A stretch of 64,000 nt of DNA, from contig ADNK01002621.1 of assembly GCA_000320545.1 (NCBI GenBank), positions 1 to 64,000 of the forward strand, given 5' to 3'. Each line of letters starts with the position of its first letter. Position 1 is the stretch's first letter. This DNA comes from Bigelowiella natans CCMP2755. Taxonomy: Eukaryota; Protista; Cercozoa. Shown here piece after piece: positions 13,465 through 27,131 of this stretch. Under the pieces are notes generated by a model. It did not search any database. It was not told the origin of the DNA and saw only the letters and a list, made by a program, of their open reading frames with translations. Made by a program: the position numbers and the translations under genes.

Positions 13465-14279
13465 ATTATGATAACGGCCCTGCTGGCTTCACTACGCAGC
13501 CAATCGGCTGCCTGTAACAACTCACATTGTGCGGAAATAACCCACAGCCTTATTCACTATATTTTGCACCGGGTGTGATGTCTATGGAGCTGCGCTTGGC
13601 GAACGAGGAAAAAGGCTTATCTAGGCTCTAATCGCAAGCTTCACGCTGCATGCTCGAGTATGTATAGAGGCAGGATGTTTCATACAGCTGGCACACATCG
13701 ATATGTTGAATGCGAATGCTTATGTCGACTTATACGCATCAGCAGAGGATATCGACATTAAAGCCTAGCTAGCTAGTGCCGTCAGGGTGTACTTCTCTCT
13801 ATCTATCTAGAGTGGCATGAATATGTAGCCTTGAGCCGGCGACCGTGCGCCGTCGTGTGCTATGCATGTAATGTGATGACAAACGGCGTTGCATTTTTTC
13901 ATGTTATGGAATGTACGTATTGCGCGCGCACCGACCAAGAATAATAAGTTATCTCCTCGCTTTATTTATTAGGAGATGATTGTATTAAGTGTTTAGCATG
14001 TGCATACACGTGTAATAATAAGTACGATGGACTACGTCATAACTTGCACGTGCGATCGAGCGCAGCCTGCACATAGTACACGCTAGGAAGTACTAGAGTA
14101 GTACAGATGATCGATCGATCCTATCCACAATGCAATAAGGGATGCCATGCTAGCATGCGTCACAGCTGCTGAAACGGATTTCTATTAAACTGGTGTACGA
14201 TTTGCACAACTCTGTGAAAGCGCTGCGCGATAGCGATTCAACTCTTCCAGCTTTGGTGGGACGCACAAGCCGACTATTC

Positions 14280-15036
14280 TCAAAGGGCAGAATCTCGAAG
14301 CCGGGTCTCCTCCGTCAAAGACATACGTGCCTTTTTCCTTTTGGAACTCTTTACAGGCTTGGCGGAATCATACCTTTAACAACATTTATGCATCAGATGC
14401 GCATTTTGTCGAAATACGGAGGGCGTATTCTACAACCTACACAAACGATTGCTGACACACGCTGCTACTACTACTCCTACTGCCAGCCACCACTACCTCC
14501 AGTGCTTGACCCCCAAAGGCCACCTTGGATTCACGTCGACATACTCTTCAACTGTTCCATCGAGTATCTGGAGAAAGTAGTAAGTTAGTAGTGACATTAT
14601 ATATCAGCTAGATCAGCTACAAGTTACTACTAATCCAATCGCATATGCACAAGTATTGCTGCTGTCCGTTTCACAGATGCCATACATCATCCAACACAAG
14701 AAACGAAGTCCCATTCAAACGCAACTTTTCAACACTGTGGTTGTTGTTGTTGCTTCTTCTTCTTCTTCTTCTTCTTCTTCTTCTTCTTCTTCTCGCCGCT
14801 TAATCTTATTTTCTTCTCATAGTGCTATCAGTGACTTCTTGATCGAGCTGCGGTGGCGGAAAGCTGAGGCCTCGTTCTGAATTCACTATTCCTGCCCACG
14901 CCACCATCGCTCCGTTGTCCGTACCTAGAAACAGCATATGATAATACATATTTTTCAAGAAGAAGGAAAGAGGGACGACTTTTCAGAGGTGGGCTGCATG
15001 GTGGCTACGAAGAGATAACTACATGTGTATTTTATC

Positions 15037-15090
<54 letters not shown>

Positions 15091-15988
15091 CACAACATAG
15101 TCGGATCGGTGGGCACTGGAGCTCCATTCCTGCGTCCTGAGCGAGTTGGTCAAGTCGTCGTCGAACCTCAAGGTTTGATGCCACACCGCCAGACAGCACC
15201 AGATGCCGTACCTCTGGGCACTACACAATTTCACTTGATTTAATACATTATCATTGTTTCGTACCAGTAATACTACCCCTCCCCCCCCCTTCTCTCTCTC
15301 GCTCTCTTCCACTCTTTCTTAGGCGCACATATTCCCTCGTGCACACTACCTCTTCTTTGGCCCAGACTAGAGCCCTTTTAGTCCTATCCTCCAAGTGCCG
15401 AATCGCAACCTAAAAGCCAAAGAAAAGTCACGAGAATGTCGCTGCGTGGGTAGTGTGCGGTGCACGATGTCTCTCGAAGCCTATGTGCCGATACCTCTCT
15501 CACTGTGTTTACCGTCAAGACTACCTCTTGGAATGATGCTGCGATATCTGCCTTCTTTGCCTTCTCTTCACTGTCTTCACCGCTCACTTGTGCAATGATA
15601 TTCGTCATATCTTTCATTGTCAGATTGTCCTAAAATCATAGCCACTATGGTTATCATCGCAACCATCTCCATAATCCCAAATGCACTTTTATCGAATATA
15701 CAGAGTCCCCCCCCCCCCCCTCTCAACACGCCGCCCATGAAAGAAAGGACAGCAGATCAATCGCTCCCTCCCTCCCCATAAATATGAACGACCTCGATGC
15801 ACAGCCTTGTCGCTGTTTTGAGACCAGCAAAAGAGAAGTTGCAGTCTCCCTGGTAGTTGATGGTAGCAATTATTAAGTGACGCTTTAAGGAAGGCCAATC
15901 ATATCCAAGTAAACAGCCAACATCGTCGCAAATAAACAAACATATAAGCGCCTGGTGACTCCTTATTCGAGTAATATAAATATATATA

Positions 15989-16030
<42 letters not shown>

Positions 16031-16951
16031 CGGAAGCAACCAGCACCGCTACCCGACCTGCTTGTGGGTGTGTGTGTGTTCGAAACTTGAATTTAAGCGG
16101 ATCGCCTTCTCGCGCCAACTCCTCGACAACAGGCCCCCCACCTCTACTCAAATCTAAGCTCAACAGCCTTGCAACCTACACATGAACAAACATCAAATGC
16201 ACGAAAGAAAGGAGGATGCATCAGTGACTCAAACATTCAAGGGCGGGGGGGGGGGGGGCTTCAGGAGAATGGTGAAGAAATCGGCAGTGAGAATCGTACA
16301 TCAGCAGACATTCTTACCTTATCGTATGCCTCGCCAAGAGAATCATCAACTGTCGAGCCCAGCTCCGTATAATTCCCTACCCCTGATAATGCCATTAGCA
16401 GGGTAGTATTGAGTTGCCAATACTTAAAAATTACTCTTCGATTTGAATTTGACCATGCTTCACAAAAGGGTTGTTTGTTTCGTGAAAATACGTGTGGCGC
16501 AGCTACATAATACCGTGGGCTAGCAAGAGTAGATTGTGTCCCCCGGAGACTAGAAGGCTGACGAAAGGGAACTCTATCCCCGTTTCACTCAACTGAGCAA
16601 CCAGTGCGTGTGCTTCCATATGGTGTACAGGTATTATCGGCACTTGTAGCTTAGCTGCTACCCTTCGTGCTTCTCTAACGCCGACTTGAAGACACGGGCT
16701 CAAGCCAGGGCCTACGGTCACAGCAACGCCCGTTATTCTCGCTCCAGGAGAGTTTTGCTTCATCTCGGATAACGTGGCTTCGATGACACCCTCGATGGCC
16801 TTCTTGTGCGCGTCTTGGGCAAGATTGGGAACAATTCCGCCAAAGCTAGAGTGGATCTCAAACTGATCGAATTCATAATTATCACTACCAGCGAAAGTGT
16901 GCACAGATCTCGAAAACATGATGACGGACAGGAGGTGCCGAGAGCAGCCTA

Positions 16952-16983
<32 letters not shown>

Positions 16984-17583
16984 CTGAGACTTTCTCTTTT
17001 CAGCAAGTATCTTTCGATCGCCCGTGACGACTGCAGCGCATGTATCATCACAGCTTGTCTCGATGCCGAGTATGACCCCATTGCCCCCCTCCTGTCGTTG
17101 ATTGTTGCTTCTGTCTTCTTCCGACGATGCTCTACAGACGGTGCCCGTGCCGGTGGTGGTGGTGGTGGTGGTGGTGGTGGCGAGATGTCGATTGAAGATG
17201 CTGCCTAAGCATAATCTGTGCGATTGTGTTTCTATTGAAGATGATAATCTCTTTGGAGGAAGTGCGGGTCTGTGCAGACGCATACGTTGGAGCAGTAGTA
17301 GACCTGCGAAAGCAGCATATTAAGGGCTATTCTGTGAGGAGTGTGATATGCACTAGGTGGGACGCTCACATGCGACTAAACCTTTGCGACCAAATCTCGA
17401 ATGGAGGGCAGCCTGCCTAGATGACACCCCCAAGGAAGGAATGTTGGACGCAGAGTGCCTTTCCAGCCCGAGTAGTACTACCACTGTGGCGCTCATGCAG
17501 ATAGTTGCTACGAGCAAGGCGGAGTTTCTGTGTCTATCAAAAGGCGAGAGGAATTCCCTGGTCCGTAAATTCCATGGTGTCAT
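14280..17583 (-). CDS. tsaD: Organellar tRNA N6-adenosine threonylcarbamoyltransferase (TsaD/Qri7/OSGEPL1)
   Basis: VILGIETSCDDTCAAVV, GGIVPNLAQDAH, VAVTVGPGL, PVHHMEAHAL, LLVSGGH, TVDDSLGEAYDKVARLL, FSFAGLKT, DIAASFQ, SGGVASN and TDNGAMVAWAG. N-terminal extension present, but its first splice junction is unresolved. Confidence 0.92.
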
Positions 17584-18480
17584 TAATCAATTTCTTCTCT
17601 CTGTGGGGGGGGGTTGGAGAAAGGCGCCGGACGGAACACGATTGATGCTCGAGTGCCGTCGGGCAGGCGTTGGTTACTTCTCAGTTTGGTTTTCTCCTTC
17701 CGATATTCTATCAATGCAAAAACAAAATGGATTTCATGTATGCGACACAGATATTGAGCAGACGTACTGGTGAATTTACCGAAGTACCCGGATTGTATCA
17801 GAATCTTCCAGTCTGAATTCCGTTTGTTGTCCCCTGTTTATTACGATTCGGAAGGGGAAAGGTCACCAGCAATCTTTCACCAGCCATCTTTCCTGCTTTA
17901 CTACTGCGGCAATGACTTGTTCTTACCAAAGAGTTTGCGACCTTCAGCACTAAATTTGTGTACTTCACGCCGACTTTGAAGTTGCCTTTGAAATGAAGCT
18001 CCTCCTTGCATGCCGGCCCCGTGTGACCCAAAATTTTGAGCTCCTGTTGCGGTAGCAAATGGGAGCATGATTGCTTCACGAAATAGGACTCTCTTGTTGG
18101 TATATATGTACATACTTTGCCTCCTTCATATGGGGTAGAGGAATGCAGGAGAATAGCGGAATGAGTAAAGCAAGAAAGTTGACTGGTGTGTGAAGGTACA
18201 TTGTTGGTGATATAAGAACATAACGGAGAAGAAAGCAGCACCAGCGACCACTATATTCAGCCGCTAGCATCGAATGAAATTATCATACAATATAGCATGT
18301 ATAGCATTCAAGGTACATAAATCTAAGACCCTCATCTGATCGCAAGCATAGCGTCGCTTGTTGAATAAGCGTGTTCGTCGCGTGCTCCGCAATACATGCG
18401 ATGCTCGCTTACACATATCAAGTACAGCGAAGAACTAATTACATACGTTATATAAACACAATGTAAATAAATATAAATGC

Positions 18481-18529
<49 letters not shown>

Positions 18530-19189
18530 GACAGTAGACAAAGCCAAATGCCATGCATCTAATATGTAGTGTAGTTTACGTTGCGTCTACTATGACACGG
18601 GTATATATAAGGAAAATAATTACATGTTTCAATAGCCATAATAATATGTAGCTGTACAAAACTGCGGTTACAGATAACAGCGATTACGTTGTGTCTATTA
18701 TATCTAATCACATATAAATGTTACACATAAATGTGAAATAGAAGAAGCGCAGCATTTACCAGCATCGGATGAATATAAGACACTACCCCTAAGCCATGAC
18801 TTGTTAAACGATAGACGTCTAGTAATAGGCATATGTCTAAATATATGCATGCGCATGCAGCAACATGACAACGCATCTTAGCATAGCAAGCCTTTCGCGC
18901 GGAATGCACATACGTTATTGCTATGTTGGAATGCATGTACACACAAACACGTACGTACATACGGGCCATAGATTTACACTGTATGCGTAATGTATAACGT
19001 AATATAGTTGTCTATAATCTATAACATACAGAGTAATGCTGAAAATTTTTAATATATTCATTACATTATCCCGTCTCATAACACGCAGAGCGCTAGCGCG
19101 TGTACAGGGCTGGGTTATGATAAACTAAATGCTACCACAGAGGATTTTGAAAGAGCTGCGATGCTGTAGTTACACAACGTGCCGTGCTC

Positions 19190-20616
19190 AGGTTACTCCC
19201 CGATCACATATATGCTACGCAGCTCTCCAAAGGACACTGAATACTCCTTGGAATCCTGATTACCTTTTATGTCAAAATTTGTCTCAATTCGTCTGGACTC
19301 CGCTGCCATGACTTCTTTCACTGCCATTGCTGCTGCTGTTGCACGTCAGCCCCAATAGAAAAATACTACTCGCGATCATCGATATTGCCTGGTTATTTTA
19401 TCATACAAACCCCAGCATTAGATTTGAGACGACATGAATCAGTAGTGAAATGACCAAGATAGCGAGCTTCTTCGGCTGTCTAGATACTGAACGTATCACA
19501 GATGCCCATCTGGATGATGAAAACTTTGATCTCGCGCGACTTTCCTTATGCTTCTGGCGTATAATTTTGCGGAATTTCTCGTGCATTTGACCGTCGTAGC
19601 ATCTGCTGCACAATATGGAAGCAAGCTCCATCATATCAAGGTGACATCAATGCAGTAGAGATGACTATACGTTGGATCGTCGACGATCTTCATTCCTTGC
19701 TTTTCGCAGAACTCTCTGCCGCTAATGATGGAATAAGACTTTTATCTAGTTCATATACGATCTTAGTCTAATATATTCATTAAACCTTGACACTACATCT
19801 CCCAGCCGCCAGCACAACATCGAGTTGAAAGCGCAAGGAATATATTCGCTTGAGACGCTGAGATGATAGAAGAGGCAAGATGGATGTAGAAAGCACCACA
19901 ATTTAAAAATGGAATGTAGAACCTGCTTGTCGTAAACATTGTATCTGCGCACGCAGCGAACCATTTGTCACATATGGACTGGCACACACCCGTACGCTCG
20001 CCTGTTCCAAATCCAGGCTCGCACTCACTGCACAAAGCCTGAAAATTTCCATTTTTCATATGGGCCAAAAGGAAATGTATAGAATTAAGAAATGCTATTC
20101 TTAACATTAGCTCCCCTCCCCCCCCCCTCCCCCCTCTCTTTCTCTCGCTCGCTCGCTCGCTATCCCTAACCTTGCTTGCGACGTTTCGACATTCGTCTGC
20201 GACGTCAGCGTCAAAGTAGGTCAGAGCACGTCTGAATGAATAATTTTGTGTCATAAAGTGCTGATGGCCAGTTACCGCAGCAACACTGTTATATTTATTT
20301 ATTTTGATACCTTCGCAAGCGGTCGGTGTGTGTCTTATTGCAGCATGTCATCTTTCGAAACTGCTGGCAGTAAGATAGGTTCTCCACCCTCCTAGATTAT
20401 TTGGATCTAGTTTACGTCGGATGACAGAAGCGCAAATACATGGTTGCACCTTGGTGGGGAGTCGGTCTTTCCTATCCGGCAGGTGCTCAGGTCACTCTTT
20501 ATTGATGAGGAAGGCATTGCTAACAAGAGAAGAGGGAGAAGGAAACGAGGGGTGCTCAGTTTTCTCGACAGGAGAGGCAATGCTAAACTCCCTCGCCGAG
20601 AATTGAGCTCGGTCAT
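19190..20616 (-). CDS. Folate-receptor-domain (Cys-rich) secreted/membrane protein
   Basis: Signal-like FLLPLLLLAMP, then Cys pattern C..F...TCC, ECRNV, LCSECEPGFGTG..VCQSICDKWFAAC, and a hydrophobic C-terminal stretch. 3' end is approximate. Confidence 0.62.
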
Positions 20617-21163
20617 GTACACGTCTCTCAGCCCTGCAATGCTGGGGCTCAAGGGTAGGGTTCCTGGGGGTCTGGCGTAGGTGACGAGAAATGATAGGAA
20701 ATCCTGAAATCATTATTTTTCGCATGTCGCATCCAAACAAACCCCCTCCATATTCGATAGACCTTGTCGTATCCCCAAAACTACCTAGATTTCAGGCCCA
20801 GAAGGGGGCACCACTCGGCGGTGCATGCACCAATATTTCTCTTGGAGCCCACGGAGATTTCGGATAAACATTGCCTTAATTTAGGATGTCGTTTGGGGGA
20901 AAACGCATGGATTTCTTTTCTAAAAATGCACCTGTGCACTAATTCGGCCTTAGCAAAGCGTGCTACCTACACACGCTTGCTTTGTTTCCTTCATTTAGCA
21001 ACGGAGGACTTCGCCGCTTTGACCACTCAGCGTGCCTCAGATATTCCATTTTTGGTGACAAAGGGTCGGGCTAGCAATCAGCTGCAGAGATATATTAACT
21101 TAAAAAGGAGTCCAGGAATCTCTCTTGGACACAATCCACCTCGTGGACTTCAGGGAGGACCCG

Positions 21164-24100
21164 ATGATAAGTGGAGACTCGCCAGCTGATGATGAGCGTG
21201 AAAATAAATTTTGTACCAGACAATGGTTTCTTGTCGTGATAAGTGGCCTGGCGTTCTCTCAGGTATCGTTGTAGATCTTGTGGAATATCAAAATTGATTA
21301 TCCATTATCCATCTAAATTCTAAATTACATTAGGCCATTCTTGTTGGGGGAGTGTTTCCATCTGTAGTCTCAACTTTGGAGAGAAGATATGGACTCAACA
21401 GCGTTCGTACAGGAATCATCGCAACAACGTATTCTTCTAGCGATCACTATCCTGCTATTACTACGATTTCAAGACGAAATGATGTAACTTAATGACTTAA
21501 TAGATACGATGTCGGAGTTTTCTCATCCTCATTCATTTATGGATATCTCGCAACTGGAGGTCACAGGCCAAGGCTAATGGTGATGCACCTCTTTAATTAG
21601 TAGATTTATTTATGGTAAGAAATTAATTTGCTGATATGAAATTTAAATTCGCATGTTCGTTTGACGACATCAGGGTATTGGAGGTATTTTCTTGGGTGTA
21701 GGAGCTTTCTTGTTTGGCCTTCCTCAATTAGCCACTGGCAGGTACTAAGTAAATCAAGAGACAAAAGTAGCTATGCCAAACCTTAAGATTGTTCGTCATA
21801 ACACTGAGATATGGATGGCTGCAGGTACGAATTTGTTGATCGAAGTGAAACTGACCTTTGTGGGGATGGCTTAGTACCTCCAGAGGTTGGCTGAACATTA
21901 TTAGTGAGGAGATCATTGGAAAGCGATATTCGAAAAGATTTGGCCATAAACAACACCGGCTTCCTTATCATATTCTTATTTTAGACCTGCGGATCAATTT
22001 CTGGAGGTGTTTACGGTCTCTTCGTCATTGGTCTGAGACAACAGAAGCTAATCTGAACAGTTGCCAATGTAGTAATTTTCCGGCTAATGAGGCTCTCCTC
22101 TATATGTTGTTCAGCTGTTATTTTGGTAGCACTTGGGTCAGCTCCCCTTTGGGCAGTAGGTCTGTGCTTGACTTTCATGGATTTAGAATGATGTAAATGA
22201 AGTGGGTATTAATGCAGGTCCGGCTCATTTGGATTACATAGTTCCACCCCTGGTATTTTTCGGATAAACAATTTCTGTTGCTAATTAATTTTCAAAAGTA
22301 TCAATAAACAGAGTTTGAATACGTGATTCTCAGTTTTTACCTTCATATCTCTCGATATTTTACGTCATTGTTGGAATTGGCACGGCTATTGGGTAAGTAT
22401 GATGCATTCTTTTTTTTAACTTTTCTTACTTCTTACGGGCATTCGAAAATATTTTCATAGGTTTTTGTTCGCCTCATTCACCTTAAGCATTTGGGTGGAC
22501 CCTGGTACACCCCATTTCCTTTCCCTCCCCTTCCCCTATGCTTAAGATTGGTATTCACTGATTCTAACAACTAAGGTGTGGAACCCTCGAATCTGGAGCC
22601 AGAGGATGATAACTGGGTCGGTGCATGGTGGATAGCGTGGTACGTATCACATCCTTTCCAAACAACAGTTGTCTCGTATTCTTGACAGAGCATGTTTGCG
22701 TATTTTTGCATTTTTCGGTCTTTCAGGTTTGTAGTTTCGGGTTTTCTATTCCTCTGGGCAACACCGATGTTAATGTTCCACAGGGGAAACCCTCATACAC
22801 CTTCAACTATCACGGAAACACAAGACAGCAACGAGGAAGATAATATTCCTATGAACAAAGGAGAGTGTAATCACAACACAAGCGACGGCAAAAATGACCT
22901 CAATCAAGTCGACGATAAATCTGCCATTAGCGACAAGTTTCATGAGAAAAACACCAATATTGATATAGCTGCTGCCGTCTCTACTGCATTGACAACTACA
23001 ACAACTACAACATCAACTCCTTCTGAAATTCTCAAAAATCCGGGGACGGTAACAACTGGAAGTTGCCTTAACGATGATTCGAATAAAACGACCAACACCA
23101 ATAGAAACAGTGACTTGACTGCAACGCGCTTACTTCTGCAAAAGTCCAGTACCGCTCCCAATAGTACCCGCGCCCATATGAAGGACAAGGACAAAATGAG
23201 CACAGAAAATTTTGAGGTGAAGGACGGGTCGATTTCCTCTCTCGAATCGGAGAAACCATCGGCACCTCCACCCTTGAGTTCACTACTTAAGCCAATCTTT
23301 TCTTTGAGCTACATTGCTTTCATCATGGGCACCGTTACAGAAACATTTGCTGTCTCAGGTGCCGGGGCTACGACCCAATCCCTCTCACCCAAATGTGTAT
23401 TCACATGGAAAAAACTAGTTCCTCTCTTTCTGATACTTTCTACGGAATGGCGAACATATTTAGGTTTTGGAGTTTTCATTCCAAAAGTCGTTGAGTCCAG
23501 TTTCGCATTGTCATCTTCTCAGTGAGTGCTACTTTTTTGTTGAATAAAATGGCTTAGCTCTTTGATCCAAGTTAATATCCTAAATAGAGCTGCTCTTTTC
23601 GTTGGTATCGTGATCGTTCCAGGAGTTGCTGGGGTCGAAAATTTGTTAACACCTCTTGTTCTAATATTATTCCCAATTTAAATTTAAGAGTTTTTCTTCC
23701 CCACTCCTCTACTACTTTTCCCCTCATCGCAGGGGATATACTTTGGAGGTTGGTTGTCAAAGAGACTAAGGCTTTCACCGCGCCAAAATGCTAAGATGTC
23801 TTGGGTATTGCATTGGAAAATCTTTTGCATTGTATTACCGAATTTACCTTTCGTATAAATAAAAATCGCAAATGCTTCCATGCAAGGACTACATATCTTG
23901 ACTACCATTTCACTAATTTGATTATTTGCAGATTGTTGCTTTGGCTGCGTTACCGCTCATGCCGACCTTCTTCATAGGCTGTGATCCGTTCCCACTTGCG
24001 GTAGTTAAAAATAACATCAGTACCTGTGAAAGTTACAGATGGACACAACGAAAATTTGCATATTTTTCTTCGCAAAAGTCGTTCCCAATTTTTCATCTTC

Positions 24101-25560
24101 TAATCAGGGAGTAAGCGTGCGGTACAATCCTGAGAACAACAATAACGAGATTATTGCAGGAATGGGAGTCAATCTTGATAGTCAGTGCAATCTAGGATGC
24201 GGGTAAGAAGATACAGAACAGATTTTGGGCGAAAGAATAACGACTTATCATGTTGAATATTAATGGATTATTGGGATTATCATCTATCGTAACTTCAGAT
24301 GCAGCAGAACACCGTATTCTCCCGTGTGCGGTCCAGGTGGAATAAACTATTTCTCTTCGTGCTATGCAGGCTGCCAAAGCAGAATCTCTGTAAGTGAATC
24401 TTAACATCGCTATTACTTCATTTTGTCACATCTTCACTTTGCAATAATGATCATGGCAATTATATGATTTTATTTTTTAAATCGGATCTTCTTGTCGATT
24501 TGGTTTTATTTTTTGCATTGGCAGGGTGACACAAGTGGAAATTGTACTTGCACAGCGGCGATGCCGAGCATAATTACACCTGCAATGGTAAGAAAACTCT
24601 CGGCATGTCCACATTTGAAATTGAAATTAGGGGACAAATATTCCTTAATAATTTTACATGATGATTATTTATCAATTAGTTGGAGAGCCAGGCCGTCACA
24701 GATGGCAAGTGCGATCAGGTTCGCGTAGGTGGATGTTAGATAATCTGCTCTCAACACAAACTCAGAACCTCTCTGTTTGATCCTTTTATGTGACACGGAT
24801 TCTTTATCTTCTTAATTATTGTAGGGATGTAGTGGTCGACTGGGAGCATTCCTTATCCTTTTCCTTCTCATCATGTTCGCAACCTTCACCAACAATATCC
24901 CGGTTGGATTACCTACATTGTTCTCATTGTTCTCCTCTCGCTTACTCGAGTCAACTACTTTTTAGAAAATACTACTGGGTTTATTGAAATTAACCCAATT
25001 CTGATTTTGGTTTACTATTCAAGTAACATTCTGATCTCATCACTAGGCTGCTGTGGTAAGCCTAAAAATGCTTCCGGAGGAATCACGGCCGCTCGGAGTT
25101 AGTTTTCAGCAAGTTGTTACACGGGTAAATCATTCAGAGCTATTCCTTTTGGCTCGCATTTTTATCGTGTTAATTTTATTGACATAAAGTGTTAACAACA
25201 GATATTCGGCTCAATCCCTGCACCGTTGATTTTTGGCGCTGTGATAGATAGTTCTTGGTACCCTACATAAAATGATGCTAAAGTTTTAAACATGTAGTTA
25301 CATTTTCTCTCTTCCCCCCCCCCCCCTTCTCTTCAATTTCTCTCCTTATTCTCTCTCCCCTTGTCATTCATGTCTCCTCTCATTCTCCCTTCCACTCTTT
25401 TTCCTGCTTTTCATATTGGTAAGAGAAATACAGATATAGAAAACAGAAAATACTATGTTGAAATTATCATCTTAAAGTGTGTATATGCTGCTGATCTGTA
25501 ATTTGAAAGCATTTTAAAGTCGGATGGATGTAGTGACTCGGACAATTGTTTGGAGTAAGA

Positions 25561-25603
<43 letters not shown>

Positions 25604-25984
25604 ATTCCATACGTTTGATTTTAAACTTATAGAAATTTACACTGTAAAAAAAAATAGCACGTACTAGGATCGAAGCGCTAGCAATTATTTAACTTACAAA
25701 TTGTCAGGTACAACAGTGAGCAGTTCCAGTTGAACTTGTTCCTACTTGCGTTCTTACCAAAACTGTTATCCTTCGTATTCTTCTTCGTGGGATGGTGGAC
25801 ATTTCCAAACACACCTACATCGGATGTGAGGCCCGATTACGAAAATGAAGAGGAAAAACTTCAAAAAATTCATAAGGAAAATTCTCTTGCTGTAAAGGAA
25901 ACGAAGATACAAATGAAGCCACTAAAACGAAACGATACCGATGAAGATGCTGGTGATAAGCTTGAGGGAGATGACACAAAGTGA
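21164..25984 (+). CDS. Organic anion transporting polypeptide (OATP/SLCO family) with Kazal-like loop
   Basis: STLERRYGLNSVRTGIIATTYDVG (21368-21520), OATP signature-like DDNWVGAWW (22605-22632), Kazal-like YSPVCGPGGINYFSSCYAGC (~24315-24375) and FGSIPAPLIFGAVIDSS. Stop at 25984. Start is uncertain. Confidence 0.85.
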
Positions 25985-27131
25985 GAAGTCTACCACCATT
26001 CGCAGCTGAAGAGTAATTTACACATTATTTTATATCGTTTTTTGCCCAAAAGAACGGCGAAAAAAATATGTTGCAACACATCAATTTAAACAGGCAAAAT
26101 ATTTTAACCATGAACTCGCCTTCATCAACCAGGTCTAAAGTAACCGAGCTGCATTCATACAAAGAATCTTCTGTTTCAAAACTTATCGATACGGAAATTT
26201 CAGCAGAAAATTTAATGAAGAATAAGGACGTTGTTTCAGTTTAATTGGTTTACAACATTTTTGAAACGTTTAAGTTTGCTACGCTTTTCAAGAACCAATT
26301 AAGTGAGTACTCTAGGGCTACGCTTGCGATTGCAAAGATCTGACTTTGTCTGCATGAAGTATGTGTAAAATTCTTGGTTCTTTGTGCATGTAATCAGCTG
26401 TGTCAACTGTAGCTTCACTATGGGTTGTTTATGCGTGCTATCGTATAATCGTGGATTTATGTGGTATCGTGGTGTCCATCATCTTCAATTGCCGGATGTG
26501 TCATCAGTGCTGTTGCGCAGTCAGCAGAGCACACGCAAATGTATGATCGCATGTGGGCTTTTTGTAGTGAACAAACTTATTTCGTCACCAACAATCCAAG
26601 AAACACTGCTGACTGCTACGTCAAATTCACTGCGCACTGCTTTTGGAGACTTTTATTTTCTAAAAATTCTTTTGAAATATTTTCTAATTTTTCTAAGTAT
26701 TTGCATCGAAACGTCAAGCTAGCAAGTCCAGACCTGGGTGCTGACCATGTGGGCATGCCAACATGCGCCAAGCTAGCTAGATTCGACAAAAGCCGCGCAA
26801 AAGCCCCCAGCACAAATGAGAAGCATGCACGACAATAGACAAGCTAGCAAGCCGTAGATGATCACATCATGCATCAGCGTCACTGATGCGTAGGACAGGA
26901 GTACGCTAGTACCTAGAGTACGTGTAAATCCAAAAGTCCTTCGGACCAAATTACAGTGATTGCAAAATGCAAAAATGCATGTAAATGCACATGTTCATTG
27001 CGAAGATAATTCAATGTGTTCGATCTAGTGTTTGGTAAATACTGCAATGTGTCATTGCGCCAAAAAATGCAAATGATGTACAATGTTCATCACCCATGCA
27101 TGCCACAATGCACAAAGTCAATCTTGAGATT

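Noticed and set aside
15890-16085. Possible non-canonical splice sites in tsaD
   Set aside because: The junctions could not be resolved by eye; cDNA is needed before claiming anything.
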